From positions 2,816,001-2,880,000 of the forward strand of contig CAWAIF010000003.1 of NCBI GenBank assembly GCA_963782055.1: DNA of 64,000 nucleotides, given 5' to 3'. Both the position numbers and the translations under genes were made by a program. Positions 27,215 to 36,957 of this stretch are shown here, piece by piece; position 1 is the first letter of the stretch; each line of letters starts with the position of its first letter. Source of the DNA: an uncultured delta proteobacterium (GTDB lineage Bacteria; Myxococcota_A; Polyangia; Polyangiales; Polyangiaceae). The notes below the pieces were generated by a model. The model ran no database searches. It was not told the DNA's origin and worked only from the letters and a program-made list of their open reading frames with translations.

Positions 27215-27801
27215 GACGGCGCCCGCGCCGGCAGCGACGCCACCCAGTTGCCGATCAGCCGCTTGCCCTCCAGCGTGAGCACGCTCTCCGGGTGAAACTG
27301 CACGCCCATCACGTCGAGCGCGCGGTGCCGCAGCGCCATCACCTCGCCCTGGGCGGTCCACGCCGCGATCTCCAGGCAGTCGGGCACCGAGGCGCGGTCG
27401 ACCAGCAGCGAGTGGTAGCGCGTGGCCTCGAAGGGGGAGGGGAGCCCGGCGAAGACGCCGCGGCCGTCGTGCTCGATGGGCGAGGTGCGCCCGTGCATCA
27501 AGCGCTCCGCGCGCACCACGCGTCCACCGAAGGCCTGCCCGATCGCCTGGTGCCCGAGGCACACACCCAGGATGGGCAGCTTGCCGGCGAGGTCGGTCAC
27601 ACACGCGAGCGACACGCCTGCGTCGTCCGGCGTGCATGGCCCGGGGGAGATCAGCACGCCGCTCGGCGCCGCAGCGGCGATGCCCGCCGTATCGATCGCG
27701 TCGTTCTTCACCACGGTCACGATGCTCCCGAGCTCGCCGAGGTACTGCACGAGGTTGAAGGTGAAGGAGTCGTAGTTGTCCACGACGAGGACGCTTCGCA
27801 T
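27211..27801 (-). CDS. trpG: Anthranilate/aminodeoxychorismate synthase component II
   Basis: DNYDSFTFNL, ISPGP, GVCLGHQ, RYHSL, QFHPES. Confidence 0.93.
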   Translation of the reverse strand: MRSVLVVDNYDSFTFNLVQYLGELGSIVTVVKNDAIDTAGIAAAAPSGVLISPGPCTPDDAGVSLACVTDLAGKLPILGVCLGHQAIGQAFGGRVVRAERLMHGRTSPIEHDGRGVFAGLPSPFEATRYHSLLVDRASVPDCLEIAAWTAQGEVMALRHRALDVMGVQFHPESVLTLEGKRLIGNWVASLPARAPS

Positions 27802-27865
27802 CGGCGGATCCCCAAGAGTAGGGCCTTTGGCGCCCCGGGGCGAGCTGCCGCCGACGATATGCCCG

Positions 27866-28342
27866 TCAGCGCGGGTGGATCTCGCCGGAGAGGGTCATCG
27901 CGCGCTTCTCCAGCTCGGCCTGCCTCTGCACTGCGGCGAGGCGGTCCTCCAGGCTGGTGCCCTCCAGCGCGGCGGCGTAGCGCGGGATGGCCGCCTTCCG
28001 GTCCTTTAGCAGCGACACCAGCGCGTCGTGCTCCTTCTTTCCCCACGCCGTGCGAGGAGTCTTCGTGCGCGCCGTCGCCAGCGCCTGCTGCGCCAGCGGG
28101 AGCGCCTCGGTGCGCAGAACCTTCGCCGCGGCGGCGTCGTCGTCACGCGCCTCGTCGTCGTCGGCCTTCTTGAGCGCCGCGTCCACGTCGTGATCGGCGG
28201 CGAGGATGGCGTCGAGGTCCGCGCGGTCCAGCGCCGTCGGATCCTGCACCGGCGCGGGCGTCGGCGTGTCGCACGCGGTGGCGAGCAGCGCCGCGGTGAG
28301 GAGGGCGACGATCAGGCGCAGCCGCGCGCCTCGAGGTTCCAC
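27866..28342 (-). CDS. Hypothetical helical lipoprotein (start uncertain)
   Basis: 'LIVALLTAALLATAC' lipobox followed by an amphipathic helical body. Confidence 0.65.
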   Translation of the reverse strand: MEPRGARLRLIVALLTAALLATACDTPTPAPVQDPTALDRADLDAILAADHDVDAALKKADDDEARDDDAAAAKVLRTEALPLAQQALATARTKTPRTAWGKKEHDALVSLLKDRKAAIPRYAAALEGTSLEDRLAAVQRQAELEKRAMTLSGEIHPR

Positions 28343-28671
28343 CGGACGAGCTGCGCCAGGTACGCCCTGTCGAGCAGCTCGGCATGGACGAGGCGCAACG
28401 CCTGCTTGTTCTCCCAGCGGCGCACGTTGCGCGCCCAGAGCCACATGCGGTGCTGCGTCCCCGGCACGCCGAGCTCCAGCGGGCAGTAGTCCTCCTGCTT
28501 GGTCGGCTCGTGGATGGTGCGGATGAGCATCCCGCCGGCCGAGACGTCCAGGATCTCGGCGAGGTGAGGGAAGCCCCCGATGTACTTGTTGACCCACATC
28601 GGCGTGGCGATGGGGGAGCGCTGCTGCGCGCGGCGGTCGGCGTTGTTCCGGCGGATGCGTCGACGGTCCAT
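28312..28671 (-). CDS. Stand-alone PilZ domain protein
   Basis: RxxxR (RAQQR) and DVSAGG c-di-GMP-binding motifs; GAGGAG RBS. Confidence 0.85.
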   Translation of the reverse strand: MDRRRIRRNNADRRAQQRSPIATPMWVNKYIGGFPHLAEILDVSAGGMLIRTIHEPTKQEDYCPLELGVPGTQHRMWLWARNVRRWENKQALRLVHAELLDRAYLAQLVRWNLEARGCA

Positions 28672-28769
28672 GGGTCGTCTCCTCTCGCGATCCGAAGTGT
28701 AGGTTGATGTGGTTGTCCATGGCCAACAACGTGCGCGAACCTCCTCGCGCGCGAGGCGGCCGAAAGATC

Positions 28770-28811
28770 TTCACGGCGCGTTTGACACGAAAGGCGCCGT
28801 GAAACTAACGT
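28770..28811 (+). promoter_or_regulatory. Sigma70-like promoter whose -35 lies inside a 10-bp inverted repeat
   Basis: TTGACA (28782)-N18-TAACGT (28806); arms TTCACGGCGC (28770) and GCGCCGTGAA (28794). Confidence 0.5.
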
Positions 28812-28931
28812 CTTCGCTTCGCGGGCGCACGTCATCATCGCTGTCCGCAGCGGCGAGGTCGGGTCCCATGGGTCACGCCCCCTTGCGTGTCCTTGCTGGA
28901 ACCGTGCCGTGATGATCTGGAGAGAAATTCG

Positions 28932-30161
28932 ATGGCCGACGAAAAGAAGCCGAAGATTGACCTGAAGGCCCGTCTGGGGAAGACGAACGTGGGAACGCCT
29001 GCGCCGCCCCAGGCGGTGTCGTCGTCGGGCAACCTTCCTGGCGCCGACATCTCCGCGCCTGCGCCGGCGATCCCTCCGCCCGCCATCAGCTCGGTGCCGG
29101 GCATGAGCGGGCCGGGGCTCCCGGTGCCGCCGGGCATCCCGGTCGGTTCGGCGCCCCGCTTCGATCCGACCAACCCCCTCGCCGCCGCCATGGCGCCGCG
29201 CGCGTCGGTGCCGGTGGCGCCCCTGCAGCCGCAGCGCATCGAGGTCGACGAGATGGCGGTGCAGCAGGCCGCCAAGAAGGCGCGCCGCACCGGGATGGTG
29301 TTCGCGGCCGTCGCGCTCTTGATGGGCGTCGGCGTCGGCGTCGTCGGGGGTCAGGCGTCGCAGCAGGGCAGCGATCGCACGCGCGCCAAGGAAGACGCTG
29401 CGGACCTCAAGACGAAGGTGGACGAGGCGAAGAAGACGCTCGACACGCTCGCCACCAAGCTGGAGGACGGGCAGAAATCCCTCAGCGCGAAGGACATCAA
29501 CCAGCGCAAGTTCCCCGACAGCCTCGCCAAGGAGCTCGGCGGCATCCACGTCGATTTCGACGGCACGCAGCTCGCGGGCCGGCGCTTCAGCGGCTTCTCC
29601 ACCGACACCGCCGGCCTGCTCTTCGACTTCGTCACCCGCGTGCAGGCGCTCAACGACGAGAAGGACGCCGTCAAGAACCTGCTGACCAAGCTGCAGAAGC
29701 CGATCAGCGAGCAGTTCGCCGCGCTCGCCTCCGGGCAGACGTCCGTCGGCGTGATGGTGCTGCTCGGCGGTCAGACCGGCCGCGACCCGCAGGGCAACTA
29801 CCTCGGCGTCCTCTCACCCATCGTGCCGCCCATCGTCGTCAAGCGGGACGCCATCGAGATCCCCAAGGACCTCAAGGGCCTCGTCAACGGCAACCCCGTC
29901 GGCGTGCCCAAGTACACCGGCGGCAGTCTCGCCAAGGACGCGGCGGCGGTCTACATCACGCCCGGCAGCTTCAACGCCGTCTGCCCCAGCGAGCAGCGCT
30001 CGCAGGCCGCCATGCTGGGGATCAAGCTCGGCGACCTCATCCGCGAGATCCGCGGCGAGCCTCAGACGCAGACGGACATCGTGACCGACACCAAGCCCGG
30101 CCTCATCGAGGAAGCGGACAAGCTCAGCAAGGGCCTGCAGAAGACGATCGACCACAAGTGA
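28932..30161 (+). CDS. Hypothetical single-TM protein: Pro-rich cytoplasmic N-terminus, periplasmic coiled coil
   Basis: MADEKKPKIDLKARLGK; TM 'GMVFAAVALLMGVGVGVVGG'; typical codon usage. Confidence 0.75.
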   Translation: MADEKKPKIDLKARLGKTNVGTPAPPQAVSSSGNLPGADISAPAPAIPPPAISSVPGMSGPGLPVPPGIPVGSAPRFDPTNPLAAAMAPRASVPVAPLQPQRIEVDEMAVQQAAKKARRTGMVFAAVALLMGVGVGVVGGQASQQGSDRTRAKEDAADLKTKVDEAKKTLDTLATKLEDGQKSLSAKDINQRKFPDSLAKELGGIHVDFDGTQLAGRRFSGFSTDTAGLLFDFVTRVQALNDEKDAVKNLLTKLQKPISEQFAALASGQTSVGVMVLLGGQTGRDPQGNYLGVLSPIVPPIVVKRDAIEIPKDLKGLVNGNPVGVPKYTGGSLAKDAAAVYITPGSFNAVCPSEQRSQAAMLGIKLGDLIREIRGEPQTQTDIVTDTKPGLIEEADKLSKGLQKTIDHK

Positions 30162-30174
30162 GCGTGGTGGGTCG

Positions 30175-30534
30175 CTAGGCGCGGCCCCACACCAGGTCCA
30201 GGCGCGAGCGGGCGTCGGTCGCCGCGCCCAGATCTGTGTACCCTGCAAGCAGCAGGGCGCCCGCGCGCGCGGCGCGCTCCGCCGGTCGCCTCGGTCCCAG
30301 CCGCGCGAACAGGCCGCGCGCGCCGCCCGGCTCCGGCATCACGACCACCAGCGTGCCGCGGGGCAGCGAGCCCGCCGGCGGGAGCTGCGCGACGAGGCTG
30401 CGGGCGTCCCCCGCGGCCGCGAACTCCACCAGCCACGCCTCGCCCTCGGGCTCGAAGCGGGCCACCCCGAACGGCGGCGTGCGCGGCGGCTGCTTGCCGA
30501 CGAAGCGCATGGTGGCGGGGGCGGGCGGCCTCAA
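30175..30534 (-). CDS. Hypothetical protein
   Basis: Fills the gap downstream of the CNNM gene; plausible composition; start uncertain. Confidence 0.5.
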   Translation of the reverse strand: MRPPAPATMRFVGKQPPRTPPFGVARFEPEGEAWLVEFAAAGDARSLVAQLPPAGSLPRGTLVVVMPEPGGARGLFARLGPRRPAERAARAGALLLAGYTDLGAATDARSRLDLVWGRA

Positions 30535-30541
30535 GGGCGTG

Positions 30542-31801
30542 TCACGCGACGGCCCGCTCGGCCACGATCTCCACCTTCACCACGCGTGTCTCGTCCGCCT
30601 CCCGCACGATGAACTTGAGGCCGTCGAGCTGCATCACGTCCCCGGTGCGGGGCACGTGCCCCGCCTGGTGCACCAGCAGTCCGCCCAGCGACTCGAAGTC
30701 GCCGTCGGCGGGGATGTCCCGCTTCAGGTACGCCGACAGGTCGGCGATGGAGACCGCGGCGTCGGCCAGGACGTGGCCATCCCCCACCTCCTCGATCTGC
30801 GTCTCGGTGTCGTACTCGTCGCGGATGTCGCCGACAATCTCCTCCAGGATGTCCTCCAGCGTGATGACGCCCGCCGTCCCGCCGAACTCGTCGGAGACGA
30901 TGGCGAGGTGGAGCCGGCGCGCGCGCATCTCCTTCAGGATGGTGGCGATGGTCTGCGACTCGGACACGAAGAGCACCGGCGTGCGGACCATGTCGAGCGC
31001 CTTGCCGCTGAGGGTGCCCTCGCGCACCTTGCGGAACAGGTCCTTGGCGTAGAGGAGGCCGACGATCTGATCGAGCTGCTCGCGGTAGACCGGGTAGCGG
31101 GAGTGGCCGTCGCTCGCCGCCAGCTCCAGCACGCGAGAGAGCGGCGTGCTCTGCTCGACGGCGGAGATCTTGCGCCGCGGGACCATGACCTCGCGCGCGG
31201 TGAGGTCGCTGAACTCCAGCGCGTTGCGGATGATCTGCGCGGGCTCGTTGGCGAGGGCGCCGGCGCGCTCGCCCTCGTTGACCAGCCACTCCACCTCCGT
31301 CTCGGTGATGCGGGCGTCGTGGGTGTGGCGCTTGGGGACATGGCGCTGGACGAAGCGGCCGAGCCACGCGAGGGGCGCGGCGACGGGCATGGTGGCGAGC
31401 TCCAGGGGGAGCAAGAAGCGCAGGGCGGCGGCGCCAATCTGCTCCGGGCGCTGGCGGCCGAGGGAGCCGAGCAGCTCGGCGAAGGTGCCGTAGGTCAGCA
31501 CGGCGCCCACCACCGCGAGCACCGGCCCCAGGCGTGGGTCGCTGCCCATCTGATTGGCGGCCTCGTCGAAGAGGGCGGCGGCGATGGCGATGGCCACGAC
31601 GCGACAGACCAGCCAGCGGGAGAGGATGCGCTCCGGGTCCTGCACGAAGCGCGCGAAGGCGGAGCCCTTCTCCTGCCCGAGCATCTGCAGGTGGGCCCCC
31701 GGCATGGACGTCAGCGCGCTATCTCCGGCCGCAAAGAGCGAACCCACGCCGGACGCGAGGACCGCGCCGGCTATCCAACCCACTGGCTCTCCTGGAATCA
31801 T
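30542..31801 (-). CDS. CNNM/hemolysin-family transporter (DUF21 + CBS pair + CorC/HlyC)
   Basis: SLFAAGDSALTS, AREVMVPR, GHSRYPVY, DEFGGTAGVITLEDILEEIVGDIRDEYD. Confidence 0.9.
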   Translation of the reverse strand: MIPGEPVGWIAGAVLASGVGSLFAAGDSALTSMPGAHLQMLGQEKGSAFARFVQDPERILSRWLVCRVVAIAIAAALFDEAANQMGSDPRLGPVLAVVGAVLTYGTFAELLGSLGRQRPEQIGAAALRFLLPLELATMPVAAPLAWLGRFVQRHVPKRHTHDARITETEVEWLVNEGERAGALANEPAQIIRNALEFSDLTAREVMVPRRKISAVEQSTPLSRVLELAASDGHSRYPVYREQLDQIVGLLYAKDLFRKVREGTLSGKALDMVRTPVLFVSESQTIATILKEMRARRLHLAIVSDEFGGTAGVITLEDILEEIVGDIRDEYDTETQIEEVGDGHVLADAAVSIADLSAYLKRDIPADGDFESLGGLLVHQAGHVPRTGDVMQLDGLKFIVREADETRVVKVEIVAERAVA

Positions 31802-31924
31802 CGTGACGGACGCAACCCCCAGAAACCTCAACCTAACCGACCGCCCCCCGTGGTCAAGGGAGGGTGGGGGCACCGAGCCCGGCGATTTCACGCAACTTAC
31901 CGGGATTGCGGCCGAAATGGGCTC

Positions 31925-32584
31925 ATGGCCGCCGCTCCCCCTCCCAGCCCGAACGCCCCTGCCAGGGCCCCGCACACCCCTCCGCCCGGCAAGCCGCAGG
32001 GCAAGAAGCTGCCGGCTCAGCCGTTCGCCGCGTGGATGGCGAAGCTGGGGCTGGGAGCGGGGATGGCGCAGGCCACTCCCCCGGTGGCGGTCCCCCACGC
32101 ACCGCCGCACGGCGCCCCCAAACCGCCGGGGCAACCGCAGCCTACAGCGCAGCCGCACGGGGCGAAGGACGACGAACCGCTCCTCGGGCGGCGTCACGAC
32201 CGCCGCGACGACGACCTGGATCCGCGCGCGCGGCACGCCGCGCAGCTCGCGCCTCCGGCGTACGTCACGCCGCTCGCGCAGCCCGCGCCCCCGCCACCGG
32301 CCGACGCGCCCGCCGCGGCGCAGGCGCACGCCTCGCTGGAGGAGCTGCTGCCCGCCCTGGTGCGTCGCGTGGCCTGGTCGGGGGACGGCAAGCGCGGCAC
32401 GGTGCGGATGGAGCTCGGCGCGGGCGAGCTCGCCGGAGCGACGCTGCTCGTGTCCTCCGACGCCGGCCGCGTGCGCGTGGAGCTGAACGCCCCGCCCGGC
32501 ACCGACGTCACCGCGTGGAAGGACCGGCTCCGCGCGCGGCTGGAGTCGCGCGGCCTGAGCATCGAGTCGCTCGAAGTGACCTGA
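31925..32584 (+). CDS. Pro-rich protein with a C-terminal FliK/YscP-like domain
   Basis: 'GTVRMELGAGELAGATLLVSSDAGRVRVEL...LRARLESRGLSIESLEV' resembles the Flg_hook/T3S4 domain. Confidence 0.6.
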   Translation: MAAAPPPSPNAPARAPHTPPPGKPQGKKLPAQPFAAWMAKLGLGAGMAQATPPVAVPHAPPHGAPKPPGQPQPTAQPHGAKDDEPLLGRRHDRRDDDLDPRARHAAQLAPPAYVTPLAQPAPPPPADAPAAAQAHASLEELLPALVRRVAWSGDGKRGTVRMELGAGELAGATLLVSSDAGRVRVELNAPPGTDVTAWKDRLRARLESRGLSIESLEVT

Positions 32585-32590
32585 GCCGGC

Positions 32591-33595
32591 CTACGCCTCG
32601 CCGAGGACGCGCAGGGCGTTGCCGCGAAGGATCTTGCCGATGACGCGCTCGGGGATGCCGGCCTCCAGCATCGCCGCGGTGAGGTGCGGCAGGCCGGTGG
32701 GATCGGCCAGCTCCCGCGTCGGGACGATGAAGCCGTCCCAGTCGCTGCCCAGCGCGGGGCAGTCCTCGCCCACCACGTGCAGGATGTGCTTCATGTGCTT
32801 GACGACCGGCTCCAGCCCGCCGCCGCCGAGGTAGCGCGGGCAGAAGATGACGCCCACGACGCCCCCGCGGTCCGCCACGGCGCGGAGCTGCTCGTCGTCG
32901 ATGTTGCGCCAGTGCTCGAAGGCGCCCAGCACGCCGGTGTGGCTGACGATGAGGGGCCTGGTGGCGATGGCGCACGCGTCCATGAAGCCCGGCTTGTTGA
33001 TGTGAGCGAGGTCGACGATGACGCCCAGCTCCTCGCAGCGCGCCACGACGTCGCGGCCGAAGGGGGTGAGTCCGAGATCGCGGCGGCCGCGGCCGTACGC
33101 GGGGTAGCCGACCTCGTTGGCCGTGAAGTGGAGCAGCCCGAGGTAGCGCAGGCCGCGGCGGCGCCAGCCGTCCAGGCGCCCGATGTCGCCCTCCAGCGCG
33201 TGCGCGCCCTCGACGCCGAGCAGGGCGCCGAGCGCGCCGTCGCGCTGCGCGGCCTCCAGCTCCTCGCGCGTGCGCACCAGGCGCAGGTCGTGGGTGTGAG
33301 AGAGGGTCTGCTCCATCACGTCCAGCTGCTCGTCGATGGCGCGCGCCAGGCCGCGCACGCGGCCGAGGATCGGCAGGCTCACCATGGTGAAGAACTGCGC
33401 CCCCATGCCGCCGTCACGCATGCGAGGGACATCGACGTGGCCGCCCAGCGCGGCGCGCGGCAGGGGCGGCGTGTGGCGGTTGAGCAGGTCGTAGCCGACG
33501 AAGCGCCCCCACATCAGCGTGTCGGCGTGGAGGTCGATCGAGGGGTAGCGCGCGTGGATCGCGAGCGCTTCGGGGGAGACATCGGTCTCGGCCAT
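32591..33595 (-). CDS. Membrane dipeptidase (peptidase M19)
   Basis: DLHADT, GVEGAH, IVDLAH, VSHT, RNIDDEQL, LGSDWDG, GNALRV. Confidence 0.92.
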   Translation of the reverse strand: MAETDVSPEALAIHARYPSIDLHADTLMWGRFVGYDLLNRHTPPLPRAALGGHVDVPRMRDGGMGAQFFTMVSLPILGRVRGLARAIDEQLDVMEQTLSHTHDLRLVRTREELEAAQRDGALGALLGVEGAHALEGDIGRLDGWRRRGLRYLGLLHFTANEVGYPAYGRGRRDLGLTPFGRDVVARCEELGVIVDLAHINKPGFMDACAIATRPLIVSHTGVLGAFEHWRNIDDEQLRAVADRGGVVGVIFCPRYLGGGGLEPVVKHMKHILHVVGEDCPALGSDWDGFIVPTRELADPTGLPHLTAAMLEAGIPERVIGKILRGNALRVLGEA

Positions 33596-33637
33596 CGCCG
33601 CGGAGCATAGCGCGCGTGTGTGCTAAGGTGCGGCTGC

Positions 33638-34606
33638 ATGGCAGCTCTGCCGCCCCCGATGGTCTGCGAGGACGTGCTCGAGCTCGTCGGCGGGACGCCG
33701 CTGGTGAAGGTCCGCACGCTGGGGCGGGAGGCGCCGCGGGCCGAGGTGTGGGCGAAGATGGAGCAGCAGAACCCCGGTGGCTCGCTGAAGGACCGCATCG
33801 CGGTGGCCATGCTGGACGCCGCCGCGGCCGACGGCCGCCTGCGTCCGGGGGGCGTCGTCATCGAGCCGACGAGCGGCAACACCGGCATCGGCCTGGCCAT
33901 CGCGTGCGCGGTGCGCGGCTACCGGTGCGTGCTGACGATGCCGGAGAGCATGAGCCTGGAGCGCCGGCAGCTTCTGGAGGCGCTGGGCGCCGAGCTCGTG
34001 CTCACCCCCCAGACCGAGCAGATGGAGGGCGCCGTCGCCCGGGCGCAGGCGCTCGCGGCGGAGACCGAGGGCGCCTTCATGCCGCACCAGTTCGAGAACC
34101 CGGAGAACCCGGGTGCGCACGCGCGCACGACGGCGTGGGAAATCCTGGAGTCCATGCGGGAGCTGTCGGTGGACGCGCTCGTCGCCGGCGTGGGGACCGG
34201 CGGCACCATCAGCGGGGTCGGCAAGACGCTGCGCGAGCAGCTGGGCGCGCGCGCGTCCGGCGGGCCCCTCGTCGTGGCGGTCGAGCCGGAGGCGTGCGCC
34301 ACGATCTCCCGCGGCGAGCGCGGCCCGTCCAAGATCCAGGGCCTGGCGGCCGGCTTCGTGCCCTCCAACTACCACCCTGACGTGGTGGACGGCGTGCGCA
34401 CCGTGAGCGACGAAGACGCGTGGCGCACCAAGGTGGCGCTCGCGCGCCGCGAGGGGCTGCTGGTCGGCATCAGCTCGGGGGCCGCCGTGCACGCGGCGCT
34501 CGGGGTGGCGCGGGAGCTCGGGCCCGGCAAGAACGTCGTCACCGTGCTCTGCGACACCGGCGAGCGCTACTTCAGCCTGGCGACGTTCTTCGCGGAGGTC
34601 GCGTGA
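33638..34606 (+). CDS. cysK: Cysteine synthase A
   Basis: [62 protein letters not shown]. Confidence 0.9.
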   Translation: MAALPPPMVCEDVLELVGGTPLVKVRTLGREAPRAEVWAKMEQQNPGGSLKDRIAVAMLDAAAADGRLRPGGVVIEPTSGNTGIGLAIACAVRGYRCVLTMPESMSLERRQLLEALGAELVLTPQTEQMEGAVARAQALAAETEGAFMPHQFENPENPGAHARTTAWEILESMRELSVDALVAGVGTGGTISGVGKTLREQLGARASGGPLVVAVEPEACATISRGERGPSKIQGLAAGFVPSNYHPDVVDGVRTVSDEDAWRTKVALARREGLLVGISSGAAVHAALGVARELGPGKNVVTVLCDTGERYFSLATFFAEVA

Positions 34607-35322
34607 GCGAGCGCCGCGACGCGCGGGTGCTGGTGGTGGGCGTGGGCGGCCTGGGGTGCCCGGCCGCCACCGTGCTCGCGCGCGCCGGCGTTGGTTTGCT
34701 GCTGCTCTGCGACGACGACGTCGTGGAGGAGGCGAACCTGCACCGGCAGGTGCTCTTCGACGCCTCGAGCGTGGGCAAGCCCAAGCTGGAGGAGGCGAAG
34801 GCCGCGCTGGAGCGGCTGGCGCCCGGGACGCGGGTGGAGCTCGCCCGGACGCGCTTCGTGCCCGGCGTCGCGCTGGAGCTGCTGGAGAACGTCGACCTCG
34901 TCGTGGAGGGGGCCGACAATTTCGCGACCAAGTTCCTCGTGGCCGATGCGTGCGGGCTTGCATCGGTGCCTGTCGTGCACGCCGCCGCCATTCGCTGGAA
35001 CGGGACGGCGCTGGCGGTCGCGGCCAAGGGCCGGCCCTGCTACCGGTGCCTCTTCGAGGACATCCCCTTCGAGCAGCAGGCGAGCTGCGCGGAGGCGGGG
35101 GTGGTGGGGCCCATGGTGGGGGTCGTCGGCGCGGTGGCGGCGGACCTGGGGCTGCGGCTGCTGGACGGCGCCGCCGCCGGGACCCTCGTCACCTACGATG
35201 CCCGGACCGACCGCATGCGGCGGCGGGTGGTGCCGCCTCGCCGGGACTGCCCCCTCTGCGCCACTCGCCGCATCGAACGTATCGACGAAACGCGCTACGT
35301 TCGGGGCGACGCGAGCCCCTGA
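34603..35322 (+). CDS. HesA/MoeB/ThiF family adenylyltransferase (E1-like), N-terminally short
   Basis: GVGGLG, NLHRQ, DNF, CYRC, a Cys in SCAEAG, CPLC; GTG start overlaps the cysK stop. Confidence 0.9.
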   Translation: MSERRDARVLVVGVGGLGCPAATVLARAGVGLLLLCDDDVVEEANLHRQVLFDASSVGKPKLEEAKAALERLAPGTRVELARTRFVPGVALELLENVDLVVEGADNFATKFLVADACGLASVPVVHAAAIRWNGTALAVAAKGRPCYRCLFEDIPFEQQASCAEAGVVGPMVGVVGAVAADLGLRLLDGAAAGTLVTYDARTDRMRRRVVPPRRDCPLCATRRIERIDETRYVRGDASP

Positions 35323-35372
35323 GAGGGCCCTCGCGGACCTCCGAGAGAGAACGGAGCATCCAAGGAGCGATC

Positions 35373-35645
35373 ATGGAAACCATCGTGCGCATCCCCGCCC
35401 CCCTGCGGACCCTCACCGGCGGCAAGGACGAGGTGTCCGCGTCGGGCAAGACGGTCGGAGAGGTCATCGACGATCTGGAGACGAAGCACCCCGGCCTGAA
35501 GGACCGCCTGCTGGACGAGAAGGGCGTGCGGCGCTTCGTCAACATCTACGTGGGCGAGGAGGACGTGCGCTTCCTCGAGGGCCTCGCCACCGAGCTGCGC
35601 GCGGGCGATCAGCTCAGCATCGTGCCCGCCATCGCGGGGGGCTGA
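35373..35645 (+). CDS. Ubiquitin-like sulfur carrier (CysO/MoaD/ThiS family)
   Basis: VRIPAPLRTLTGG...RRFVNIYV..EDVRFL.GL.T...SIVPAIAGG C-terminus; AAGGAG RBS. Confidence 0.92.
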   Translation: METIVRIPAPLRTLTGGKDEVSASGKTVGEVIDDLETKHPGLKDRLLDEKGVRRFVNIYVGEEDVRFLEGLATELRAGDQLSIVPAIAGG

Positions 35646-35647
35646 GC

Positions 35648-36004
35648 GTGGCCGACCGTCACGCGCGCCAGATCCGCCTCGCCGAGGTGGGCGAGGAGGG
35701 GCAGGCGCGCCTCGAGCGGGCGAGCGCCCCCATCACCGAGCGTGGCGTCGCCGGCGAGACGATGGCGCGCTACCTGACCGCGGCGGGCATCGGTACGCTG
35801 ACCGTGGACGACGACACGCACGAGCAGGCCGTCCGGGCGATGAGCGATGCCACCGGCGTGGTGCGCGGCCCGGTGGGCGCGCCCGCGCCCGACGGCGACC
35901 TGGACGATCTCCACCCCGCCGCGCGCGACGTGGCCCGGGGCGCGCGCGGCGCGGTGCGGGTGCTGCGGCGGGTGTGGCTGCGCGAGGAGCCGAAGGGGTC
36001 TTGA
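35648..36004 (+). CDS. Small degenerate ThiF/MoeB-like protein (N-terminal Arg-finger segment, no catalytic motifs)
   Basis: VADRHARQIRLAEVGEEGQARL...ARYLTAAGIGTL; starts 2 nt after the carrier stop, and its stop overlaps the cysM start. Confidence 0.75.
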   Translation: MADRHARQIRLAEVGEEGQARLERASAPITERGVAGETMARYLTAAGIGTLTVDDDTHEQAVRAMSDATGVVRGPVGAPAPDGDLDDLHPAARDVARGARGAVRVLRRVWLREEPKGS

Positions 36005-36951
36005 GCGGAAGGACGGTCCGCGCCCGCCGCATCGAGTCGGTGGTCGACGCGGTGGGCAACACGCCGCTGGTGCGGCTCCGGCGGGTCGCGCCGGACGCGC
36101 GGGGCGTGTCCGTCTACGCCAAGCTGGAGTTCTGCAACCCCGGCGGGAGCGTGAAGGACCGCGCGGCGCTGCGCATGATCACCGACGCCATGGCCGACGG
36201 CCGCCTGCGCGAGGGCCGGACGCTCATCGACTCCACGAGCGGCAACACCGGCGTCGCCTACTCGCTCTTCGGAGCGGTGTTCGGGCTGAAGGTGCAGCTC
36301 GTGATGCCCTCCAACGTCTCCAGACCGCGCAAGGACATCGCGCGCGCCTTCGGCACCGAGATCGTCTTCTCCGACCCGATGGAGGGCTCGGACGGCGCCA
36401 TCCGGCAGGCGCGGGAGATCGTCGCGGGAGACCCGGGGCGGTACTTCTACCCGGACCAGTACGCCAACCCGTCCAACCCGCTCGCGCACTACGAGGGCAC
36501 CGGCGCGGAGCTGCTGGCCGCGCTGGGGGATCGCATCACCCACTTCGTGGCGGGGCTCGGGACGAGCGGCACGATGATGGGCACCGCTCGCCGGCTGCAC
36601 GAGCGCTCGCCGGCGATCCGGTGCGTGGCGGTCCAGCCGGCGGAGCCCATGCACGGGCTGGAGGGGCTCAAGCACATGGCCACCAGCCTGGTGCCCGCCA
36701 TCTACGACCCGTCGGTGCACGACGAGATCATGGAAGTGACCACCGAGGACGGCTGGGACATGGCCGACCGCCTCGCCGCAGAGGAAGGGCTGCACGTCGG
36801 GCACTCCTCCGGCGCCAACGTGTGGGCGGCGGTCCGCATCGCCGAGGGCCTCGCCGCCGCCGGGCGCGAAGGTTGCGTCGTAGCCGTGGTGGCCGACCGC
36901 GGCGACCGGTATTTCGCGCCGATGAAATGGGAAAGGCGCTACGTTTGGTGA
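36001..36951 (+). CDS. cysM: PLP-dependent cysteine synthase B-like enzyme (likely sulfur-carrier-dependent CysM)
   Basis: GNTPLV, NPGGSVKDRAA, STSGNTG, DQYANPSN, GLGTSGTMMG, LEGLK; lies between the carrier and JAB genes. Confidence 0.8.
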   Translation: MSGRTVRARRIESVVDAVGNTPLVRLRRVAPDARGVSVYAKLEFCNPGGSVKDRAALRMITDAMADGRLREGRTLIDSTSGNTGVAYSLFGAVFGLKVQLVMPSNVSRPRKDIARAFGTEIVFSDPMEGSDGAIRQAREIVAGDPGRYFYPDQYANPSNPLAHYEGTGAELLAALGDRITHFVAGLGTSGTMMGTARRLHERSPAIRCVAVQPAEPMHGLEGLKHMATSLVPAIYDPSVHDEIMEVTTEDGWDMADRLAAEEGLHVGHSSGANVWAAVRIAEGLAAAGREGCVVAVVADRGDRYFAPMKWERRYVW

Positions 36952-36957
36952 CCCGAA

